From an uncultured Solirubrobacterales bacterium (GTDB lineage: Bacteria; Actinomycetota; Thermoleophilia; Solirubrobacterales; Solirubrobacteraceae): a stretch of DNA of 64,000 nt. Positions 26,651 through 36,092 of this stretch are shown one piece after another. Position numbers and translations under genes: made by a program. The DNA lies in assembly GCA_963715495.1 (NCBI GenBank), contig OY970247.1, positions 2,132,219 through 2,196,218 on the forward strand, given 5' to 3'. Under the pieces are notes generated by a model, which searched no databases, had not been told where the DNA came from, and saw nothing but the letters and a program-made list of their open reading frames with translations. Each line of letters opens with the position of its first letter. Position 1 is the first letter of the stretch.

Positions 26651-27364
26651 AACGATGGGGGGATGGATCCCGGTCAAAGCGGTGAACAGGTGCGGGGAGA
26701 CGTAGACCTCGATCAAGGCGGCGATGACGAGGATGGGCACGGCGATGGCGACCGTGACGAAGGTGGCAGCAAGGAGCTGCTCCCACTCGCCCCGACGGCT
26801 GGCGATGATCCAGGCGGCCAAAGGCAGGAACAGGGCGATCAGCTCGGGGATCGCGTGCGGGAGCGCGCCGAGCAGGAGCAGCGCCGGGGAGACGTGTAGG
26901 AAGTGAGCGACGCCGGCGAGGGTGTGGCCGAGCACGTAGGCCTGGACGGACAGCGAGAAGGCGGTGGCGCAGACGACGAAGGCGATCGCGATGCGCCCGC
27001 CGTGCTCGTGGACCCAGCGCGAGAGGCCACTGTGAGAGGACGCCTGCAAAGGCAGGGAGCTGCCGGCGATGAATCCCGCCACGCAGGCCATCGCGTGGAG
27101 GGTGAGCACGAGCATGTTGTGACCGAGCACGTTGAGCACATCGGCGCCGTCGCCGACGGCGAAGGGAGGTCCGAGGGTGACGATCTGCACATAGTCCGTA
27201 GAGAGCGCGGAGACGACGAGGACCGCGACGAGCAGCCCGAAGGCCGCGAGCGAGGAGCCGGCGACCCAGCGGCCGAGGATCGAGCCGGGATGGAGCTGCC
27301 AGTCGCGGAGCGTCGCGCGGGTGTGGCGCACCCCGTGCGCGAAGGCGTAGGCCGAGGCATCCAT
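26600..27364 (-). CDS. Stage II sporulation protein M-like (DUF95) membrane protein
   Basis: HNMLVL, LPHAIPE, ALIEVYVSP and TM helices; ATG 27364. Confidence 0.7.
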   Translation of the reverse strand: MDASAYAFAHGVRHTRATLRDWQLHPGSILGRWVAGSSLAAFGLLVAVLVVSALSTDYVQIVTLGPPFAVGDGADVLNVLGHNMLVLTLHAMACVAGFIAGSSLPLQASSHSGLSRWVHEHGGRIAIAFVVCATAFSLSVQAYVLGHTLAGVAHFLHVSPALLLLGALPHAIPELIALFLPLAAWIIASRRGEWEQLLAATFVTVAIAVPILVIAALIEVYVSPHLFTALTGIHPPIVRWPIFDRSEGWVVTVR

Positions 27365-27390
27365 CCCCAGTGCATCGGCCGGGAGGCGGC

Positions 27391-28113
27391 CTAGCTGAAG
27401 CGAAGGAGCGGAACGAGCCACATCGCCTCGGCGGCGATGCGCCAGGACATCTTGCTCTGGCCGCGCTCGCGGTCGCGAAAGACGATCGGGATCTCGACGA
27501 CGCGAAAGCCGGCCTGGACGGAGCGGTAGGTGAGCTCGACCTGGAAGGCGTAGCCCTGGGAGCGGACCGAGTCGAAGTGGATCGCTTCGAGGACCTCGCG
27601 GCGGAAGCACTTGAAGCCGCCTGTCAAATCGCGTATGTGCAGGCCGAGCACCACTCGCGCGTAGGTGGAGCCACCCTCGGAGATGAGACGGCGCAACAGC
27701 CCCCAGTCGGTGACGCCGCCGCCGGGAACGTAGCGTGAGCCGAGCGCGAGGTCGGCGCCGGAGCGGACGGCGTCGAGCAGGCGGGCGAGGTCGGCGGGGT
27801 CGTGGGAGAAGTCGGAGTCCATCTCGAAGACGTAGGCGGCCCCATGGTCGAGCGCGTGGCGAAAGCCGGCGAGATAGGCGGGGCCGATACCGTTCTTTTC
27901 GGTGCGATGGAGCACTCGTACCCAGTCGTGCTCGGTGGCGAGGCGGTCGGCCAGCGCGCCGGTGCCGTCGGGGGAGCCGTCGTCGACGACGAGGATGCGA
28001 AACCCGTCCGGCGCAGCCCGCGCGAGGACCTCGCCGGCGGCGGCGGCGATGGCCTCAACGTTCTCGGCCTCGTTGTAGGTGGGGAGGATCAGCCAAGGGA
28101 GTTGCTCGGGCAT
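27391..28113 (-). CDS. Polyprenol-monophosphomannose synthase (Ppm1/DPM1-like GT2)
   Basis: ILPTYNEAEN, VDDGSPDGTG, FEMDSDFSHDP, DLTGGFK, GYAFQVE, GQSKMS. Confidence 0.9.
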   Translation of the reverse strand: MPEQLPWLILPTYNEAENVEAIAAAAGEVLARAAPDGFRILVVDDGSPDGTGALADRLATEHDWVRVLHRTEKNGIGPAYLAGFRHALDHGAAYVFEMDSDFSHDPADLARLLDAVRSGADLALGSRYVPGGGVTDWGLLRRLISEGGSTYARVVLGLHIRDLTGGFKCFRREVLEAIHFDSVRSQGYAFQVELTYRSVQAGFRVVEIPIVFRDRERGQSKMSWRIAAEAMWLVPLLRFS

Positions 28114-28134
28114 GGGCTGGCGTACCCTAGAGCA

Positions 28135-29904
28135 GTGGACCTGCCGAACGGCGCGATCGCGGACGCGCTCGAAGAACTGGGGGATCTGTACGAGCTCGAC
28201 GGGGCGATCGTGCATCGCGTGCTGGCATACCGGACGGCGGCCAAGACTGTTCGCGAAGCGCCGATGTCGGTGGGCGCGCTGGCGCGCGAAGGGCGCGCGG
28301 TGCAGCTGACGGGGATCGGAAAGACGCTGCAGGAGAAGATCGAGACGCTGCAAGGGACGGGGGCGATCCCGGCGGCGGAGAAGCTGAAGGCGAAGTTCCC
28401 GCAGGGGCTGATCGAAATCACGCGACTGCCGGGAATCGGCGCAAAGCGGGCGCGGCTGCTGCATGCGGAGCTTCAGATCGACTCCCCGCAGGCGCTGCGC
28501 GAGGCGGCGCTGGCGCAGCGCGTGCGAGAGGTGAAAGGGCTGGGGCCGAAGTTCGAGGAAAGCGTGCTGAGCGCGCTGGAGCGGGCGGCCGCAGATCCGA
28601 GCGAGGGCAACCGGGCGAGGCTGCTGCTGCCGCAGGCGCTCGAGCTGGGCGAGGCGCTGGCAGAGGGGCTGATGGAAGGCGGTGCGGGCGAGGTCGGCGC
28701 GATCGTGAAGGTGGCGGGGTCGGCAAGACGGATGGCGGACAGCGTGAAGGACATCGACCTGATCGCGGTCACGAAACGGCCGGTCGCGCTGGCAAAGAGG
28801 CTGGAGCAGCTGGCGGAGATCGAGAGCGTGTCCTCGGCAAGTGGGGTCGGCGCGAAGGGGCGCGCGCACTCTGGTGTGGGCGTCGATCTGAGGATCGCGA
28901 AACCAAAGCAGCTGGGGAACCTGTGGCAGCACTTCACGGGCTCCGGCAGGCACAACGCGGCGCTGCGCGAGATGGCGGTGCGACGCGGGCTGCACGTATC
29001 CGAGTACGGCGTGCTCGACGACAAGGACGGGCGTCGCACGAAGGCGTGTGAGACCGAGCGAGAGGTGTATGAGCTGCTGGGGATCGCATACATCGAGCCG
29101 GAGTTGCGAGAGGACCGCGGCGAGCTGCAGGCGGCCATGTCGGCGGGCGGGAGTGGCCTGCCGAAGCTGATCGAGCAGAAGGACATAAAGGGAGAGTTGC
29201 ACTGTCACACGATCGCCTCGGACGGGAAGAACACGATCGCGGAGATGGCAAGGGCGGCGAAGGAGATGGGGTATGAGTACGTGGCGATCACAGATCACTC
29301 GGCGACGCACGGGTTCGGCAATGACGTGTCACCGGACGAGCTGAGAAGGCAGATCGAGCGGGTGCGCGAGGTGGACGAAAAGCTCGAGGGAATAAAGGTG
29401 AAGGCGGGCAGCGAGGTGAACATCCTGCCGGATGGAGAGCTCGACTACGAGGACGAGCTGCTGGCAGAGCTGGACTGGGTGGTGGCAAGCGTGCATACGG
29501 CGTTTGGGATGGGTGAAGAGGCGATGACGAAGCGGATGGTGAGCGCGATCGAGCACGGGCTGGTAGACGCGATCGGACATCCGACGGGCAGGATGATCGA
29601 GAAACGCGAGCCGTATGCGATCGACCTGGGAACGGTGTTCGAGGCGGCGGCAAGGACGGGGACGCTGCTCGAGATAAATGCGAATCCGGACAGACGCGAC
29701 CTGTCAGACGTGCACGCGCGAAATGCGGTCAGGGCGGGGGTGACGATCGTGATCGACTCCGACGCGCACAAAACCGTGACGCTGGCGAACATGCGCTGGG
29801 GCATCGCGACCGCCAGGCGGGCGTGGCTGACGAAGGGGGACGTCGCGAACACGAAACCGTGGCACGAGCTGGAGAGGCTGCGCAAACGCAATCGCGCAAA
29901 ATAG
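28135..29904 (+). CDS. polX: DNA polymerase X with C-terminal PHP domain
   Basis: HhH LPGIGAKRA, KDID and VDLR catalytic Asps, HFTGS..HN, PHP motifs HCHTIASDG, TDHS, HPTGR, DSDAH. Confidence 0.92.
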   Translation: MDLPNGAIADALEELGDLYELDGAIVHRVLAYRTAAKTVREAPMSVGALAREGRAVQLTGIGKTLQEKIETLQGTGAIPAAEKLKAKFPQGLIEITRLPGIGAKRARLLHAELQIDSPQALREAALAQRVREVKGLGPKFEESVLSALERAAADPSEGNRARLLLPQALELGEALAEGLMEGGAGEVGAIVKVAGSARRMADSVKDIDLIAVTKRPVALAKRLEQLAEIESVSSASGVGAKGRAHSGVGVDLRIAKPKQLGNLWQHFTGSGRHNAALREMAVRRGLHVSEYGVLDDKDGRRTKACETEREVYELLGIAYIEPELREDRGELQAAMSAGGSGLPKLIEQKDIKGELHCHTIASDGKNTIAEMARAAKEMGYEYVAITDHSATHGFGNDVSPDELRRQIERVREVDEKLEGIKVKAGSEVNILPDGELDYEDELLAELDWVVASVHTAFGMGEEAMTKRMVSAIEHGLVDAIGHPTGRMIEKREPYAIDLGTVFEAAARTGTLLEINANPDRRDLSDVHARNAVRAGVTIVIDSDAHKTVTLANMRWGIATARRAWLTKGDVANTKPWHELERLRKRNRAK

Positions 29905-29988
29905 TGCGGGCAACGGTGGGTGACCCGGAAGCTCCGCACCTTCGTAGGACGTTGCCGGCGCCGGTCACGGCACGTAGTGGCGCTCGTG

Positions 29989-31011
29989 TCAGAAAACGGA
30001 GTGGGACAGCAGGCGTGGGAGCAGATCCTCCCGCGCGATGCGGTCGCCGGCGGCGCGGCCAAAGGACGAAAGCAAGGATCCGGCACGGGCGGAGTAGTCG
30101 GGCGCGGGATCGTCGAGCGCGGTGCGAAGCGCAGTGCCGAGATCGTCAGTGACGAGGCGTGGGTCCAACGCGCGAGCGAGAGGCAAGGCGGCGTACGGTC
30201 CGGGGGCGGGCGTGGTGACCAGCAGGCAGCCGTCGGCCAGAGCCTCCAACTGGGCGAGGCCGTAGTCCTCGCGGCGGGGAGCACAGGCGAAGACACGAGC
30301 GCGGCGCAAAAGGGCGCGGTACTCGTCGGGCGGGAGCGGGCCGGTGACGCGAATGCCGTCGTCCGTAAGTGAGATGCCTGAGCGGGCGAGCTCGGACGGC
30401 GCAGCGCCGGCCACGAATAGCTGCTCGTCGGGCAGGCGAATACGCAGCCAGGCGGAGAGCACGCGGTCGATGCCCTTCTTGAGGGGGTTGGCGGCGTATG
30501 TGATCGCAGCGATGTCGCGAACTGGGGCCGGTGGACCGGAGGGTTCGACCGGGACCGGCAGGACGAGCGCGCGGTTTCCGGCGCGCGCGGGTGCAGGCGC
30601 CTCGGCAAGACCGCCGTCGCCCCAGGGCAGCAACAGCGATGCTTGAGCCAGGCGCCGGCGCTCCAGCGGGCGCTGCCAGAGACCGTGTCGCCCAGGGCGG
30701 TTGCCGGCAGAGGGAGCATCGAAGCGGATCGCGCCCGGACGGGGCCAGAAAAGCGAGGAGGTGGTGCTCGAATAGATCACCGCCCGCGGACGGTGCTCGA
30801 CCAGCCCGGTGACAGCCGCGCGACGAGCGGCGAGAGCCCAGGCAAGGTCGGTCAGCGCAAGCGTGCGCACGGGGCGTGGCGGCGAAGCGCCAACGAGGGC
30901 AACGGATGCGCCGGCGCGGCGCAGGGAGTCGGCGAGCTCGGTGTCGGCCGCGCGCAGCCCGGAGGTCGAGCCGAGCGAGACGATCAGGATGTCCACGGAG
31001 CCGTCCCCCAC
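29989..31011 (-). CDS. Glycosyltransferase (GT-B fold, GT4-like)
   Basis: KKGIDR, REDYGLAQLEALADG donor-binding motif. Confidence 0.75.
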   Translation of the reverse strand: MGDGSVDILIVSLGSTSGLRAADTELADSLRRAGASVALVGASPPRPVRTLALTDLAWALAARRAAVTGLVEHRPRAVIYSSTTSSLFWPRPGAIRFDAPSAGNRPGRHGLWQRPLERRRLAQASLLLPWGDGGLAEAPAPARAGNRALVLPVPVEPSGPPAPVRDIAAITYAANPLKKGIDRVLSAWLRIRLPDEQLFVAGAAPSELARSGISLTDDGIRVTGPLPPDEYRALLRRARVFACAPRREDYGLAQLEALADGCLLVTTPAPGPYAALPLARALDPRLVTDDLGTALRTALDDPAPDYSARAGSLLSSFGRAAGDRIAREDLLPRLLSHSVF

Positions 31012-31102
31012 GCCCGTAACGACCTCCGTGGCCACGGGCGTCGAGCTTGTGCACGCAGCGGGCAAGGCAACCCTCGATCGGGCTCGGTCACCTCACAGTC
31101 CA

Positions 31103-31648
31103 TCAGGTGACGGCGCCGTTGGTGCGTTCATGACGCAAAGCTTTGAAACCGGGCGTGCGCTGCAGCGCGATCGGCTGAAAGGGAGAGGTGCGGATCACGT
31201 AGAAGCAGACACCGTCACGCTCCTCGATGGCCGCGACAGCGGCGTCTTGACGGCGCCAGGCGAGCGCCCAGATAACCGCGAAGCCCACGGCGATGCCGGG
31301 AATCTGCGGCGCGAGAAACGCGAGACCGCCGGCGATCAGGGTGAACATCAGCAACGGCCAGAGGCGGTTGAGCAGGATCGCGCTGGGGTGATACTCGGGC
31401 ATGGCGGTGCTGGACCGCGCGCCGGCGAGCAGACGGGCGATCGGCGGGCTGGTCTCGGCCCGGCGGCCGAGACGCAACCCGATCAGGACGGCGAGTATCC
31501 ACCAGCCGACGGCGACCCCCATGAGGCGCTCCTGGAAGCTCGCGGTCATGTTAGAGCCGGTGACGGCGAGCACGGTGACCGTGGCGAGCGCGGTCGCGGC
31601 GCCCGCGCTGAGCATGACGGTGGTCTTGAGAAAATCGACGAAGCGCAC
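31103..31648 (-). CDS. Hypothetical membrane protein
   Basis: Four hydrophobic segments; in an operon-like run with otsB and the GT. Confidence 0.65.
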   Translation of the reverse strand: MRFVDFLKTTVMLSAGAATALATVTVLAVTGSNMTASFQERLMGVAVGWWILAVLIGLRLGRRAETSPPIARLLAGARSSTAMPEYHPSAILLNRLWPLLMFTLIAGGLAFLAPQIPGIAVGFAVIWALAWRRQDAAVAAIEERDGVCFYVIRTSPFQPIALQRTPGFKALRHERTNGAVT

Positions 31649-31665
31649 GCGTCAGCGGTCCCGAG

Positions 31666-32466
31666 CTACAGCAGCGCCTCGAGCAGGCCCCGCACCCCGC
31701 CGGCGCCGTCGACGGTGAGGTCGGCTTCGGACGCCAACTCCGGGGGGGTTTCGTCGGAGCCGACCGCCACGCAGAGGGCGCGCTCCAGCTCGCCTGCCCG
31801 CACGAGCTCGCGCAGGCCGCGGAAGGCATCTAGATCGGTGGTGTCGTCGCCGACGTACACAGCCGCCGACACGGGTTGGCCGCGCAGGAGCGCGGCGATA
31901 CCGAGACCCTTGTGCAGATCGACCGGCGGGCGTACCTCCAGGACCTTGCGCCCCCAGTGCACGGCGAAGCCCTGCTCATCGGCGTCATGGGCGATCTCCG
32001 CGGCGGCCGACGCGGCGGCCTCCTCGTCGGGCGCGCCGCGCCAGTGGAAGGCCGCGATCGTGTCCTTGTCCTCGCTGCGTATGCGAATGCGCTGGCGCTC
32101 GGGGGTGTGTGCGGCGACCGCGAACGCGCGCACCCGCGACGCCCAGGCGGCGACGTCGGGGTCGACCTCGGGGCGGGTCGCGCCGGGCAGCAACAGCTCG
32201 CCGCCGTGGTTGCCGATGTAGGCGATCGTCCCGATCGCGACGATCTGACGGGCGGTGCTCGCGCGGCGGCCGCTGACGCAGCCGACGATGCGATAGCGCT
32301 TGGCGATCTCGATCAGCAGCGAGCGCGTGGCCTCGGGGACGTGCGCGTCAGCGGCATGGCGAACGATTGGCGCGAGGGTGCCGTCGATGTCGAGCAGCAC
32401 CGCTGCGTGGCGTGGGTCGGAACGGAGCGGCTCGAGCGCCTCCACGAGCGTCGCGGCGGGTGACAC
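31666..32466 (-). CDS. otsB: Trehalose-6-phosphate phosphatase
   Basis: LLDIDGTLAPI, VSGR, GRKVLEVRP, YVGDDTTD. Confidence 0.9.
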   Translation of the reverse strand: MSPAATLVEALEPLRSDPRHAAVLLDIDGTLAPIVRHAADAHVPEATRSLLIEIAKRYRIVGCVSGRRASTARQIVAIGTIAYIGNHGGELLLPGATRPEVDPDVAAWASRVRAFAVAAHTPERQRIRIRSEDKDTIAAFHWRGAPDEEAAASAAAEIAHDADEQGFAVHWGRKVLEVRPPVDLHKGLGIAALLRGQPVSAAVYVGDDTTDLDAFRGLRELVRAGELERALCVAVGSDETPPELASEADLTVDGAGGVRGLLEALL

Positions 32467-32633
32467 GACACTAGTATGGCGCGCACCGTGGCCGACCCGA
32501 GCTCGTGCAAAGGATTTACCTGCACGCGAACTCTCAAAACCATACCGATCCCCGCCGGATCCACGCCCCGACAAGCACGCGTCCACCCGTCGGAATGAGT
32601 CCGCGCACGGCGATTGAGGGAGGATCCAAAGCG

Positions 32634-32996
32634 GTGTCCGGGCGAACCCTGAAGCTGATGACGATCGGAACCGCCGCGGGCCTGTTCAGCGGCCTGTTCG
32701 GCGTCGGCGGCGGGACTGTGATCGTGCCACTGCTGGTGTTCTGGCTGGGCTACGGGGAGCGCGAGGCGACGGGAACCTCGCTCGCGGCGATCGTGTTCAT
32801 CGCCGGGTTCGCGGCCGCGGTGCAGGGTGCGTACTACGACAATGTGCACGTGCTCGACGGCCTGCTCGTCGGGATTCCCGCCGTGGGGGGCGTGCTGCTG
32901 GGGACGTGGCTGCAGCAGCGCATGCACGTGCGGGCTATATCGCTGCTGTTCGCTGCGGTGCTGGTGGCCTCGGCGATCGAGCTGCTGGTGCAATGA
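32634..32996 (+). CDS. Half-size TSUP (TauE/SafE) family transporter, subunit 1
   Basis: SGLFGVGGG..VP, ATGTSL, four TM helices; GAGGGAGG RBS. Confidence 0.82.
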   Translation: MSGRTLKLMTIGTAAGLFSGLFGVGGGTVIVPLLVFWLGYGEREATGTSLAAIVFIAGFAAAVQGAYYDNVHVLDGLLVGIPAVGGVLLGTWLQQRMHVRAISLLFAAVLVASAIELLVQ

Positions 32997-33215
32997 TCTG
33001 GGCGGTCCTGATCGGCACGCCCGCGAATGTCATCGGGGGACTGGTGCAATGATCTGGCTCGTCTTGATCGGCGTGGCCGCCGGCGTGCTCGGGGGACTTG
33101 CAATGATCTGGGCGGTCCTGATCGGCACGCCCGCGAATGTCGTCGGGGGACTGGTGCAATGATCTGGCTCGTCTTGATCGGCGTGGCCGCCGGCGTGCTC
33201 GGGGGACTGCTGGGC
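32993..33215 (+). repeat. ABAB tandem duplication (110-bp period) of the TSUP2 start, creating 19-aa and 37-aa coupled mini-ORFs
   Basis: ATGs at 32993, 33049, 33103 and 33159; A = MIWAVLIGTPANV(I/V)GGLVQ*, B = MIWLVLIGVAAGVLGGL. Confidence 0.88.
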
Positions 33216-33557
33216 GTGGGTGGAGGCGTGCTGTTCGTGCCGGGCCTGGTGATCGTCATCGGGTTGACCCAGCACGAGGCCGAGGCGACCTCGCTGCTGG
33301 CGATCGTGCCCGTGGCACTGGTGGGGGCGCTGAGCCAGAACCGTTACGGCAACGTGCGCCGCGGCGACGCGCTGGTGATGGGCGTGGTGTCGATCGCCGG
33401 GGTCACCGGCGGGGTGGCGCTGGCGAACGCGCTCTCGGGCGCGACCCTGCGTGTGGCGTTCGCGGCGCTGATCCTGCTGATCGCCGGGCAGCTGGTGCGC
33501 AAGGCACTGCGCGACGATGGCAGTGACGCGAGCCGGGAGGAGCTCGGATCGGGGTGA
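33159..33557 (+). CDS. Half-size TSUP (TauE/SafE) family transporter, subunit 2
   Basis: GGLLGVGGG..VP, AEATSL, four TM helices. Confidence 0.82.
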   Translation: MIWLVLIGVAAGVLGGLLGVGGGVLFVPGLVIVIGLTQHEAEATSLLAIVPVALVGALSQNRYGNVRRGDALVMGVVSIAGVTGGVALANALSGATLRVAFAALILLIAGQLVRKALRDDGSDASREELGSG

Positions 33558-33631
33558 TCCACGAAGAGGGCGCGAGCCGTAGTAGCAGTTATGAGGATCA
33601 CCCCTGAGAATGGTCTAGACTGAGAGAAGAT

Positions 33632-33898
33632 ATGGGACTAGATAATCCACTTCACATCGCATTTCTGGTCGTGATCCTGCTGCTCGTATTCGGAGCCAAG
33701 CGCCTCCCGGAGATGGGTCGCTCGATCGGCACCGGAATGCGCGAGTTCAAGTCTTCGGTGACCGGCGAGACGCCTCAGCCGCAGCCGACACTCACCGCGA
33801 GCGCCCCCCAGCAAGAGGCGCAGACGCCCGTCCAGGCCCCGGTAGCCCAGCCCGTGGCAGCGCCAGTCGTGCCACCGGATCAGCCGCCCGCCTCCTGA
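33632..33898 (+). CDS. tatA: Twin-arginine translocase TatA/TatE
   Basis: TM helix, FGAKRLPEMGRSIG.GMREFK, Pro/Gln-rich tail. Confidence 0.92.
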   Translation: MGLDNPLHIAFLVVILLLVFGAKRLPEMGRSIGTGMREFKSSVTGETPQPQPTLTASAPQQEAQTPVQAPVAQPVAAPVVPPDQPPAS

Positions 33899-34088
33899 CG
33901 TCTTCACCAACGCGTGACGCCCGGCAATAATGCCTGGCAAGCCGATCCTGTCTGTGTCTGCCCTTGGAGCCTGAGGCTTGGCGGAGTCTCCTGTCTCGAC
34001 GTCTGATGTTCGACGGTTTACCGCCGGATGCATCCGCCCGGGTCTACCGCCGGATGCGCCCGCCCGGTCTACCGTCCCCCTGGCGGGT

Positions 34089-35036
34089 CTACCCGCGGTG
34101 CAGGATCGGGCCGGTGTCGACAGCTTCGAAGGCGGAGCCGGGGACGCGCTTGATCTGTTCGAGGTCGTCGTCGTTCCAGCGCGGAGCGGGCGCGCCGGTG
34201 ATGTACCAGGAGGAGCCGTTGTCGGCGACGATCAGGCCGTAGCGCTTGAGCGCGCGCAGAACGATCAGCGACTCGCCGTGGAAGCCGGCGAGGCTGTAGC
34301 CGGCGCGCAACCGCAACCGCAGACCCATCGGCGGCAAGCTCGGGTCGGAGCTGTCAGAGGCGAAGTGGGTCGCCGGGTGGATGTAGCCGCGCTGGGTGCG
34401 CGCGACGGTCACGCGCAGCGCATGGTCGATCCGGCCGGCGGCGACCTCTGGATAGCGAACGAGCAGCGGGAAGATCGGCAGGCCGGCGGCGTCCGCCGAG
34501 GTCCAGCCTTCGGGGCGCAGAGCGTTGGAGCGCAGATTGAACATCGCACCCGAGCCCGCTCCCCAGCCGAGCCCGCCGCGGCGGGCCGCGTACAGCTCAT
34601 ACAACTTGCAACTGCCTGTCTGCAGCACAAGCACGTGCCGGTCGCCTTCTTCGCCTGCCCCCTCCACGGGCGCGTTTGGCGGGATGGGGTAGGGCCCCGG
34701 ATCTGATTCTTCGCCGAATTCGGTGAAGGAGACCGGCACCTTCGGCTGACGAGGCCCGACGACCGTGTAGGGGATGCCGTAGCTCGGGTTCGTGCCGAAG
34801 TCCGGGTGCAGATGGCCGCTCAGGCCGATGCTCGCGATGTAGGCGGCCGAGCGCGGGTCGACCGCAGCGTGGGAGATGTCCTGATTGAGGGGGTTGCTCG
34901 CGGGGAACAGCGGGCAGGAGTACTCGCGTGGGCCGGCGACGGGCGGCGTGCGTGCGAGAGCCGAAGCGCCCCATGTCGCTATCGCAAGAACCGTCGCAAC
35001 GACGACGACGACCGTACTCTCACGATGCGCTCCCAC
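34089..35036 (-). CDS. Secreted conserved hypothetical protein; start approximate
   Basis: Signal-peptide-like N-terminus; GDRHVLV, WTSADAAGLP, HALRVT, ALKRYG..ADNGS motifs. Confidence 0.7.
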   Translation of the reverse strand: MGAHRESTVVVVVATVLAIATWGASALARTPPVAGPREYSCPLFPASNPLNQDISHAAVDPRSAAYIASIGLSGHLHPDFGTNPSYGIPYTVVGPRQPKVPVSFTEFGEESDPGPYPIPPNAPVEGAGEEGDRHVLVLQTGSCKLYELYAARRGGLGWGAGSGAMFNLRSNALRPEGWTSADAAGLPIFPLLVRYPEVAAGRIDHALRVTVARTQRGYIHPATHFASDSSDPSLPPMGLRLRLRAGYSLAGFHGESLIVLRALKRYGLIVADNGSSWYITGAPAPRWNDDDLEQIKRVPGSAFEAVDTGPILHRG

Positions 35037-35046
35037 GCGGGCAATG

Positions 35047-35412
35047 TTAGGGCCCGTCGACGGAATGAACCGATGAGTCCGGCAGAACCGCCGGGCGCGA
35101 CTCTGCCAGCAGCTGGGCGCCACAGTGCCAGCAGTAGGCGGCCCCACGACTGTGGACCGCGCCGCAGGAGCGGCACTGACCGTGGACGCCGTCCTGCGCG
35201 CCGGCGAGCTGGCGCTGGATCTCGTCGAACTCGGCGTCGGCCTCCTGCAGCTCGGCGGCGCGGCGGGCGAGCACGTCCAGGCGGTAGTGGTCGCGGATCG
35301 CCATTTCGTAGGTGAGCCCGCCGAGGTCCCAGGTCAGCGCGGCGACGCGCTGGGCCAGCTCATGGCGGCGGCGGCGCAGATCGGCCGCGGGCAGCAGTGC
35401 GAGCGTTCCCAT
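35047..35412 (-). CDS. Coiled-coil plus zinc-ribbon protein
   Basis: CRSCG..AYCWHCG; abuts the upstream gene. Confidence 0.7.
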   Translation of the reverse strand: MGTLALLPAADLRRRRHELAQRVAALTWDLGGLTYEMAIRDHYRLDVLARRAAELQEADAEFDEIQRQLAGAQDGVHGQCRSCGAVHSRGAAYCWHCGAQLLAESRPAVLPDSSVHSVDGP

Positions 35413-36092
35413 CAGCCACCCGTTTCGATCGGCTGGGAGCCAAGCTTGTTGACTTCTTCCTCGTGCTTGCGGCCGGTTGTGTTGCCGAGTTTCTGAAGTT
35501 TGGTCGAGTTCACTTTGACCGCTTTGGGAGGCGGGGCTTTTTCGATCGCCTTCGCTTCCTGCACTTCATGCGCTTCGGTTTTGGCGGCTGCCTTGCTCGA
35601 TGCGGCGCTCGGCGTGGACTTGGTGGGGGTGGCGCTTGGTGCTGTGGCGCCGGCCGTCGTCGTGCCCGCAGCCGACGCGAGCGGCGTAGTGGCAGCGGCG
35701 GCCGAGCCCAGGCCCTCGACCCGGAGCACCTGCTGGCTGGGGGCTTTGCTCTGGGTGACCCAGTGGCCGACCAGCAGGCCGACGACGATCGCGAGCAACA
35801 GCACCGACAGCAGGCCGAACAGGCCCGAGTAGCGGCGTAGCATCCAGGCGTACGCCCCGGTGGTGGGCTCGATCACCGGGGCATACCCGGGCGGGAGCGT
35901 CGCAACCGGGCCCTGGCCGCCGGCATAGGGCTGGGCTTCGGCCTGGAGCACGTCCAGGAACGCGAGCCGCACGGGCGAGGCGGGCTGGCCGCAGGCAAGG
36001 CAGTAGCGCTGGTCGGGCGCGAGCGGGGACGAGCAGTTCGCGCAGCTTGCGCCGGGCTGCTCGGACTCGGAGGGGACGGGCGCCAGGCTCAT
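35412..36092 (-). CDS. Zinc-ribbon membrane protein with Ala/Thr-rich extracellular tail
   Basis: CANC..YCLACG, one TM helix; ATGA overlap with the pstB stop. Confidence 0.7.
   Translation of the reverse strand: MSLAPVPSESEQPGASCANCSSPLAPDQRYCLACGQPASPVRLAFLDVLQAEAQPYAGGQGPVATLPPGYAPVIEPTTGAYAWMLRRYSGLFGLLSVLLLAIVVGLLVGHWVTQSKAPSQQVLRVEGLGSAAAATTPLASAAGTTTAGATAPSATPTKSTPSAASSKAAAKTEAHEVQEAKAIEKAPPPKAVKVNSTKLQKLGNTTGRKHEEEVNKLGSQPIETGG

Noticed and set aside
28135-29904. polX as a sign of a prophage or mobile element
   Set aside because: PolX-PHP is a common chromosomal repair gene, and no integrase, att repeats or phage genes flank it.
34020-34074. 25/26-bp tandem duplicate downstream of tatA
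   Set aside because: Only two imperfect intergenic copies between convergent genes, with no functional clue.
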